The notes beneath the pieces are model-generated. The model was not told where the DNA came from, ran no database searches, and saw only the letters and a program-made list of their open reading frames with translations. Positions 16,554-24,200 of a DNA stretch of 64,000 nt are shown here, in pieces. How positions within the stretch are numbered: position 1 is the first letter of the stretch; each line of letters begins with the position of its first letter. The position numbers were made by a program, and so were the translations under genes. The stretch comes from Gemmatimonadaceae bacterium (GTDB lineage Bacteria; Gemmatimonadota; Gemmatimonadetes; Gemmatimonadales; Gemmatimonadaceae), in contig JADYYN010000199.1 in the NCBI GenBank assembly GCA_020853635.1, forward strand, positions 23,016 through 87,015, in the 5' to 3' direction.

Positions 16554-17762
16554 ATGGCACTCGAGGCTCCTCAGATCTCCGCTGAAGCGCGGCTCGTGTA
16601 TCGCTCGGCGGCGCAGCGCGGGAGTGATGCCGAGGTGTCGGCGCTCGTGGCGGCGGTCACCGATTGGGGGCGTGTCCTCCTTCTCGCCGAACGCGAGGTC
16701 GCGACGAGTGCGCTATGGCGCATGCTCAAGCCTCCGACCGCGACCGCGGTGCCTGACGGCGTGCCGACGGTCGTCGCGGATCACCTTCGGCGCAGCGCGA
16801 TGGTGAGTGACTTCCGCATGCAGATGCTCGCCCAGCGGCTGCAGTCGACGGTGGCGACGTTCCGTGCGGCGGGAGTCCCGGTGCTGCTGCTCAAGGGAGC
16901 CGCCGTGGGCGCCGTGGTCGACCCCACGTTCCGCACACGTCCGATGACGGACCTTGACGTCCTCATCTCGCGCGACGACATCGCGCGCGCCCGCGCGGCC
17001 CTTCTCTCGTGCGGATGGGCCGAGACGTCCGACACCGTGCTGCTCGAGTTGCTGCAGGACCATCATCATCTGCCGCCGTTCGTCGACGCGCAGAACCCCG
17101 GCACGCGTCTCGAGTTGCACATCGCGGCGTTGCCGCTCGACCATCGGTTCGCGCTCGACGATGCGGAACTCTGGCGCTCGTCGTTCGCGGCGGGGGAACC
17201 GTTCCTCGGCGCACGGGTGCCATCACCGGAGCTGTTCGTGCTGCACGCGTGCATCCATTTCGGGTGGGCGCACACGATGGCGTTCGGCGCGTGGCGGACG
17301 TTCCGTGCGATCAGTGCGTATCTGGATGGCGCGCCGATCGACTGGGACCGGTTCGTCGCGCTCGCGGAGCGCACGCGTGCGGCGTCGGTCTGTCACTGGA
17401 CGCTGCGCCTCGGCGCCCATCTCGCGGGGTTGCCGGTGCCGGCACGGGTGCTCGATCGACTGGAGCCGCCGGTGCTCGACGAACTCCACGCCGCACTCGA
17501 GCGGCACTTCATCGTCGGGATCGCCCCCGGTGAAGGCGTTGCGTGTCCGAGCGTGTGGCTCACGCATCGTCTCTGGCGCTTGGCGATCCGGCCGGGCTGG
17601 AGCGGGTTGGGCGCTGATCTGCGATGGGATCCCGAGCAACGCTGGGACCGTGCGCGTGGGATCGCCTCAACGGAGACGCGTGCGCAGCGGCTGGAGCGTC
17701 ATCTGTCGAGCCTCAGCGATTGGCAGCAGTTCCTTATGCGGACGATCCTGCGTCGTTCGTGA
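16554..17762 (+). CDS. Nucleotidyltransferase family protein (NTP_transf_5-like; PsmN/PadeN-like)
   Basis: LLLKGAA...RPMTDLDVLI, LELH motifs; last gene of the lasso operon. Confidence 0.82.
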   Translation: MALEAPQISAEARLVYRSAAQRGSDAEVSALVAAVTDWGRVLLLAEREVATSALWRMLKPPTATAVPDGVPTVVADHLRRSAMVSDFRMQMLAQRLQSTVATFRAAGVPVLLLKGAAVGAVVDPTFRTRPMTDLDVLISRDDIARARAALLSCGWAETSDTVLLELLQDHHHLPPFVDAQNPGTRLELHIAALPLDHRFALDDAELWRSSFAAGEPFLGARVPSPELFVLHACIHFGWAHTMAFGAWRTFRAISAYLDGAPIDWDRFVALAERTRAASVCHWTLRLGAHLAGLPVPARVLDRLEPPVLDELHAALERHFIVGIAPGEGVACPSVWLTHRLWRLAIRPGWSGLGADLRWDPEQRWDRARGIASTETRAQRLERHLSSLSDWQQFLMRTILRRS

Positions 17763-17763
17763 C

Positions 17764-17801
17764 CCGATGCGCGTGAGCGCGCGTGAGCGCGCGCGCATCG
17801 G
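17764..17801. terminator. Hairpin between convergent genes
   Basis: CCGATGCGCG ... CGCGCATCGG. Confidence 0.5.
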
Positions 17802-17810
17802 TCCACTCAC

Positions 17811-18197
17811 TCATCCGCGTGTGCGCGCGGCGAGTGCGAGCGCGATCCACCCCGCGATGAACGCCACCCCGCCCAGCGGTGTGATCGCGCCGAGTGCGCG
17901 GATGCCGCTGAGCGCCATCGCGTAGAGCGAACCCGAGAAGAGCAACGTCCCTGCGATGAAACACCATCCGCTGATGGTGGCGAGTCGCAGGGCGCTCGGC
18001 GACGCATCCGCGCGTGTGATCATCCAGGCGACGGCGAACAGCGCGAGCGCGTGGTACATCTGGTCCCGCGCGGCGGTCTCGAAGACCTCGAGCATGCGCG
18101 GCTCGAGTCGCGCGCGGAGGGCATGCGCGCCGAAGGCACCGGCAGCGACCGCGACCGCGCCGGAGAGCGCGCCAAGAAAAGCGAACGGATTGGCCAT
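17811..18197 (-). CDS. DUF423 (YgdD/TMEM256) membrane protein
   Basis: GAFGAHAL, QMYHALAL, LFSGSLY, GAITPLGG. Confidence 0.9.
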   Translation of the reverse strand: MANPFAFLGALSGAVAVAAGAFGAHALRARLEPRMLEVFETAARDQMYHALALFAVAWMITRADASPSALRLATISGWCFIAGTLLFSGSLYAMALSGIRALGAITPLGGVAFIAGWIALALAARTRG

Positions 18198-18396
18198 GCG
18201 GGATGATAGCGGATCGGGGCTGCGTTGGGCTATTGCGGCTCCTGCCAACTTATCGCGTCGCCTTTGTATCGATTTAATGTCTTTATGGTGTTGTCAATTA
18301 CATGATAGTGGCGCTTTAGTGCTGTTCTTTTTCTGTGATTATCGATTCATCGTGAAGTAAACAAGCAACCGGAGATCGAATAGGCCTCTTGCTATT

Positions 18397-18446
18397 TTCG
18401 GTATTTATTCGGTAATTACAGCCCGTTCTGTTCGGTATCTATTCGG
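18397..18446 (+). promoter_or_regulatory. Two copies of a TTCGG-N6-TTCGG direct-repeat box upstream of imuA (candidate SOS/LexA operator)
   Basis: TTCGGTATTTATTCGG (18397-18412) and TTCGGTATCTATTCGG (18431-18446). Confidence 0.55.
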
Positions 18447-18454
18447 GCAATCCG

Positions 18455-19396
18455 ATGTCCCTCGCCGTTCTCCGCCAGCAACTCGCCGCCGTCGTCGCCG
18501 GGACCCCGAGCTCCACACCCGGGCTCCCCACCGGCTTCGCCGCACTCGACACCATCCTCCCCGGTGGCGGCATCCCGCGCGGGCGACTCACCGAACTCCT
18601 CGCTCCGGCCGGCGCCGGCAAGACCACCATCGCCCGCGCCCTCGTCGCCGCGACCATCCGGCGTGGCGGTGGCGTCGCATGGATCGACGCCACGCGCACA
18701 CTCGACCCGCGTGACTTCGCTCCAGCGGTCGCCACATATCCCGGCGTCGTCGCGCAGCAGGGCCGTTCGCCCTGGGCCACCACCTCCATCGGTGGCACCC
18801 CGCACGGCACACTCACCGCCGCAGAACTCGAAGCGCTCTGGGTCGTGCGCCCCACGGATCCCGCGCGCGCCTCGTGGTGCGCCGATCTCCTGCTCCGCTC
18901 CAGCGCCTTCACGCTCGTCGTGCTCGACGGTGCGCCTGTCCTGCCACGCGCCGTCGGCGTGCGCCTCGCGCAACTCGCCCGTGAGTCCGACGCCGCGCTC
19001 CTCCTCCTCGGCGAGGGCACACGCGCCTCGGAGATCGGCGGCGCACTCCGACTCCGGCTCACCCCGGACGCACGCACCGTCGAGACACGCAGCGTCGATA
19101 GACGCAGCGTCGATAGACGCAGCGTCGATTCACGCAGCATCGACAAACCCAGCGCCGTCATCTCCCGTCCCGCGCCTCGCCCTGCGATGCAGCGGATCAC
19201 CGTCACGCTCGAGAAGGGCGGACCCTATCAACATGTGCAGGTGGAGGTCAATCGTGGCCACGGCATCACGCGTCGCTTGTGTGCGCATCCCGAGATTCCC
19301 GATCGGCGCGGTGTGGCTCGATCGCGCAAGCACACGGCCCCCCGGAGCCACCGTGCCGCCCAACCCGACTACCCGGCCCAGCACGGCGCGTCCTGA
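18455..19396 (+). CDS. imuA: ImuA-like RecA-family protein
   Basis: LPTGFAALD.ILPGGGIPRGRLTEL, AGAGKTT, VAWID, LVVLDG; first gene of the imuB-dnaE2 cassette. Confidence 0.8.
   Translation: MSLAVLRQQLAAVVAGTPSSTPGLPTGFAALDTILPGGGIPRGRLTELLAPAGAGKTTIARALVAATIRRGGGVAWIDATRTLDPRDFAPAVATYPGVVAQQGRSPWATTSIGGTPHGTLTAAELEALWVVRPTDPARASWCADLLLRSSAFTLVVLDGAPVLPRAVGVRLAQLARESDAALLLLGEGTRASEIGGALRLRLTPDARTVETRSVDRRSVDRRSVDSRSIDKPSAVISRPAPRPAMQRITVTLEKGGPYQHVQVEVNRGHGITRRLCAHPEIPDRRGVARSRKHTAPRSHRAAQPDYPAQHGAS
19087..19146 (+). repeat. In-frame 15-bp tandem repeat x4 in imuA, (RSVDR)-like
   Basis: ACGCAGCGTCGATAG x2, ACGCAGCGTCGATTC, ACGCAGCATCGACAA. Confidence 0.85.
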
Positions 19397-20918
19397 CGCT
19401 CCGCACGAGACCACACGGGATACGACGCGCGACTCGCACACGAACTGGGACGAACTCCCGCTCGCGCTCACCGCTGGCACCCTCGTGCGCGCCGCCACCG
19501 CGGCGGCCGCACACCTCGGCGTGCGCACCGGGATGACGCTCGCGCAGGCGCGGGCCAAGTGCGCGGGACTCATGCCCTATCCATGGGACACGGCCGTGAT
19601 CGGACGCGAGACAGCGCGCGCGAGTGCGGCGTTCCTCTCGGGCAGTCCGCAGGTCGCGCCCGCACGCGACACGCCCGGCATCTGGTGGGTGGGCGCCGAA
19701 GGATTCGAAGGCATCGGCGGTGAACGTGTACTCGCCGAGACGCTGCTGGCGTTGGCGCGCGTGTGGCATCCGCGTGCGCGGGTGGCGGTGGCGGATGCTT
19801 GCGTGACCGCACACGCTGCGACCTGGAGTGCGCGCGCTGCCGCCGGCCCGCTGCACATCGCCCCGCAAGGCGACGCCGAGTATCTCGCGCGTGTCCCCAT
19901 CGCGCTGCTGCCGATGGATATCGAGTTCCGCACCACGCTCGCGGCACTCGGGCTGCGCACGGCGGGTGCACTCGCGCGACTCGACCCACTCGAGGTGGAG
20001 CGTCGTTGGGGGAGTGATGGACTCACCGCGTGGCGCCTCGCGCGCGGTGACGATGCGCGTCGCCCCACACTCGCCCGCACCGACGACCCGCGCAGCATCG
20101 CGCACGACCTGGCGACGAGTGCCCAGACGATGGAGCCGATCCTCTTCCTCGTGCGCGCCTCGCTCGACCGACTCGTGCGTACACTCGCAGCGGAAGGACT
20201 CGCCGCGGCCTCGGTCGCGATCACCCTCACGATGGATGATGTCGGTGGCAGTCCCGGGCCCGCGCGTCGTGTGACACGCGAGGCGCGCCCAGCCCGCCCG
20301 ATGGCGCGCGTGGTACCACTCTTCGAACGGTGTCGTGCACTGCTCGATGCATGGACGCTCGACGCGCCCGTGCGTGCAGTAGAGGTGCGCATCGCGGCGA
20401 CGGCACCTTCGTCCGCAGAACAAGGCGATCTCCTCGCGCCCTCGTGGCGCGACCCGGCCGCTGCCGAGGCCGCTCTCGCGCGTCTGCGTGCCACCCTCGG
20501 CGCCGGCGGTGTGGTGCGCCCGGTGCAGCGCGATTCACACGCGCCCGAGCGGGCGGGTGTGTGGGAGGAAGTGGAACACGCGGAACTGCGCGCACCCACA
20601 CTCGATGCGCGTGAGGCCCGGCCATCGCTCGGCAACTCCACAGTGGTCGCAAGTACACCGCCCGCGGCGCGACTCCTCGAATCACCCGAGGCGATCACCG
20701 TTGCCACAGATAAACGCGGCGCACCGGTGCAGATGTTCTGGCGCACGCGTCGCCTCGCGCTCACGCGGGCACATGGGCCGGAGCGACTCTCGGGGGAATG
20801 GTGGCAGGCACAGCCGTTCGCGCGGGAGTACTGGCGCTGTGAGAGTGATGAGTTGGGGCAGGATCTGTTGTTGTACCGCGATGCGGGGGGATGGCGGTTG
20901 CATGGGTGGTATGACTGA
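19254..20918 (+). CDS. imuB: ImuB, inactive Y-family polymerase-like mutasome scaffold
   Basis: GGAGG SD then GTG 19254; ACVRIPRF, GVRTGMTLAQARAKC, QGDL clamp-like motif, GPERLSGEWW...REYW...WRLHGWYD; lacks the SIDE catalytic motif. Confidence 0.85.
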   Translation: MATASRVACVRIPRFPIGAVWLDRASTRPPGATVPPNPTTRPSTARPDAPHETTRDTTRDSHTNWDELPLALTAGTLVRAATAAAAHLGVRTGMTLAQARAKCAGLMPYPWDTAVIGRETARASAAFLSGSPQVAPARDTPGIWWVGAEGFEGIGGERVLAETLLALARVWHPRARVAVADACVTAHAATWSARAAAGPLHIAPQGDAEYLARVPIALLPMDIEFRTTLAALGLRTAGALARLDPLEVERRWGSDGLTAWRLARGDDARRPTLARTDDPRSIAHDLATSAQTMEPILFLVRASLDRLVRTLAAEGLAAASVAITLTMDDVGGSPGPARRVTREARPARPMARVVPLFERCRALLDAWTLDAPVRAVEVRIAATAPSSAEQGDLLAPSWRDPAAAEAALARLRATLGAGGVVRPVQRDSHAPERAGVWEEVEHAELRAPTLDAREARPSLGNSTVVASTPPAARLLESPEAITVATDKRGAPVQMFWRTRRLALTRAHGPERLSGEWWQAQPFAREYWRCESDELGQDLLLYRDAGGWRLHGWYD

Positions 20919-20932
20919 CCAAGGTCCGCTGA

Positions 20933-21268
20933 ACTGCTTTCACCACAGAGGGCACAGAGGACACAGAGCACTGCCACGGCAGACCACAGGGACACAGGGG
21001 ACGCAGGGGGGGTGCTGCAGTGGTCGGTACTGCGTCTGTGAAAACTTCTTCGTTGGAACAGCGTGCTGGCGACATCAGTCTGCTACATCACGCACCAATG
21101 AGAAAAGACAACATCGCTGCGACACCCGAGTGAACGCCCGAGACGAGCACTGTTACGGCTTTGTACTCCGTGTGCCCCTGTGCTCCCTGTGTCCCCTGTG
21201 TCCCTGTGGTAATCGCCGTTCCTCTGTGCCCTCTGTGTCCTCTGTGGTAACCGCCGTTGCCGTTCCCC
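20933..21268. repeat. Nested inverted-repeat element built of CACAG(A/G)G(G) ~9-nt units (intergenic imuB-dnaE2)
   Basis: Outer arms 20942-20968 / 21222-21248 and inner arms 20983-21008 / 21185-21210 are near-perfect reverse complements. Confidence 0.8.
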
Positions 21269-21289
21269 ACCCCCGCACCGTCCCTAGGA

Positions 21290-24200
21290 TTGTCCGCGTA
21301 CTCCGAACTCCACTGCCATTCCACCTTCTCTCTCCTCGACGGCGCCTCCGATCCGGAGCGTCTCGTAGAGCGGGCGGTGGCGCTCGGGCTGCATGCCTTG
21401 GCACTCACCGACCACGACGACGTGGGTGGTGCGGTGCGCTTCGCGACAGCGGCGAAGACGGCGGGACTGCCCGGTGTCCTCGGCGCGGAACTCACGGTGG
21501 ATGTGCCGCTGCCCACGGGCCTCGCCCCGGCACAGCTCGAAACACTGCCCAATCGCGTCTGTGGCGAAGACGGTGTGCCGAGGTTGCGCACGCATCTCGT
21601 CTGCCTCGTCGAGTCGCGCGAAGGCTGGGGCAACCTCTGCACGTTGATCACGCGGGCACGACTCGATCATCCGCGCGGACAACCGCGCGTCACACTCGAC
21701 CAACTCGCTGGCCATACGGCGGGGCTCTTCGCGCTCACCGGATGTCCGCGCGGCTGGGTGCCGCAACTGCTGGCCCTCGAGGCGCCCGGCGATACGGCAA
21801 CACCCTCTGTCCTCGGCGCAGCCTCCACCGGCACCGGGCGACGCGCGCACGACGCGTTGGGCACACTCGCCGAACTCTTCGATCGCCGGATCGCCGTGGA
21901 GTGCTGGGACCATTCGCTCCCTGAAGAGCGCCGCCTCGTGCGGGCACTGCTCCCGCTCGCACGTGCGCACGACCTCCCCTGGGTGGTGACCAACGACGTG
22001 CACTATGCTCGTGCACGTGGTCGCATCGCGCATGATGTGCTCGTCGCCCTGCGGCATGGCGCGACGCTCGACGAGATGGGCACACGGCTCCGCCCCAACG
22101 GCGAGTGGCATCTCAAGAGCTACGCGCAGCTCGCCACGCGATGGATCGGGCACGAGGAAGGGCTCGCCACGTCCGTGGCGATCGCCGATCGATGTGCGTT
22201 CCGGCTGGAGATGCTCAAGCCGCGCTTGCCGCATTTCCCTTTGCCGCAGGGTGTGAGCGAGGACGAGTATCTCGAACGGCTCGTGGAGGCCGGTGCGCAG
22301 GAGCGTTGGGGTTGGCGACGCACCGCCCGACACGACAAACAGATCGCGCACGAACTCACGCTCATCGCCAAGCTCGGACTCTCGGGCTACTTCCTGATCG
22401 TGTGGGACATCGTGCGCTTCGCGCGCCGCGAGGGGATCCTCTGCCAGGGCCGCGGCTCGGCAGCGAACAGTGTGGTCTGCTACTGCCTCGGGATCACCGC
22501 GGTCGATCCGATCAAGCTCGAACTGCTGTTCGAACGATTCCTGAGCGAGGAACGCGCCGAGGCGCCGGATATCGATATCGATTTCGCTCATCGGGAACGC
22601 GAGCGTGTGCTGCAGTATGTGTATACGCGTTACGGCCGCGAACACGCGGCGATGGTGTGCGAGCACATCACCTGGCGCGGGCGGAGTGCGGTGCGCGATG
22701 CGGCGCGTGTGTTGGGGTTCTCTCCCGAGCAGGCCGGTGTGTTGGCGAGCTTCAGCGACCGCTTCAGTGCCCGCAACACGGCGGCGGCGTTGCGTGTGGG
22801 CACACCGGGTGCAGCGATCGACGACGAGATACTCGCGGCCGCGCAGGAGGCGAATCCGTTCGCACCCGAGCGCGCGGATGCCGCAGGGCCCGCGAACTAC
22901 TCCAAGCGCGCGCTGCGTGACGCACCGCAGAGCATCGAGGCGAAAGCGCAGAAGACCGGCGCTCGCGCCGTCGCGGCGACGCTGCTCGACGCCGTCTCGA
23001 GCGACCTGATCGTCGGCACCCACGCAAGCACGCTCATCAAGGAGTCACGCGAAGCTCACCGAAAGCTGCGCAGCGACTCGTCCGCTGGAGGGGAGGGCCT
23101 GGGCGCCATCCCCGCGATGCGGCCGCAGGACCGCGCAGCGGTCCGAGAGCATCGCGGGGGAGGCGCCCAGGCCCGACCCGACACAACCAACACAGCAGAC
23201 GCCGAGTCGTTGCTCAAACGCGCCAATCTCGACCCGAACGACCCGCGCGTGCAGCGCCTCGCCGACATCGTCGAGGGGCTCGACGCGGCTCCACGGCATC
23301 GCGGCATCCACGTGGGCGGCTTCGTGCTCACCGAGGAGCCGCTGCGCACCGTGGTGCCCATCGAGCCCGCGAGCATGGAGGACCGCACCGTCATCCAGTG
23401 GGAGAAGGACGATCTCGATCCGGTCGGGTTGGTGAAGATCGACCTGCTTGGACTCGGCATGCTCACGGTGGTGCAGGATTGTCTCGCGTATGTGCGACGC
23501 ACGCGCGGTGTGGCGATCGACCTCGGGCAACTCGATTGCGCGGACCAGGCGGTGTACGATGATCTGTGTCGTGCGGATACGATCGGTGTGTTCCAGGTGG
23601 AGAGTCGCGCGCAGATGAACACGCTGCCGCGGCTCAAGCCGCGCTGCTTCTATGATCTCGTGGTGGAGGTGGCACTCATCCGGCCCGGTCCGATCCAGGG
23701 TGACATGGTGCATCCGTACCTACGACGGCGCGCGGGGCTCGAGCCAGTGACGTATCCGCATCCGTCGTTGGAGCCGATCCTCAAACGCACCATGGGCGTG
23801 CCGCTCTTTCAAGAACAAGGCATGCAGGTGGCGATCGCGGCGGCGGGATTCACGCCGGGTGAGTCGGATCTACTGCGCAAGGCGATGGGGCATAAGCGCA
23901 GTGCGGAGCGCATGGCGGACATCAGCCAGAAGATGTTGCGCGGCATGGAAGCCAACGGAATCGCGCCGGATCTCGCGCAGCGGATCTACAACCAGATCAA
24001 CGCGTTCGCAGACTACGGATTCCCGGAGAGCCATGCGGCGAGTTTCGCACTCATCGTGTATTCGAGTGCGTACCTGCGGCACTACTACGCGCCGGAGTTC
24101 CTCTGCGCGATCCTCAATGCGCAGCCGATGGGGTTCTATGCGCCGGGCACACTCATCGAGGACGCGAAGCGGCACGGGGTGAAGGTGCTACCCGTGGATG

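Noticed and set aside
18050-18075. Single odd residues in conserved motifs (e.g. DUF423 ARDQMYH instead of ARYQ)
   Set aside because: These are single-base differences that cannot be told apart from sequencing error without the reads.
18250-18380. AT-rich patch as a possible small RNA or foreign insert
   Set aside because: No recognisable structure, ORF or terminal repeats; it is consistent with a divergent promoter region.
18564-19253. Long N-terminal extension of imuB in the track
   Set aside because: It is a low-complexity shadow frame of imuA; a strong SD and recognisable ImuB sequence begin at 19254.
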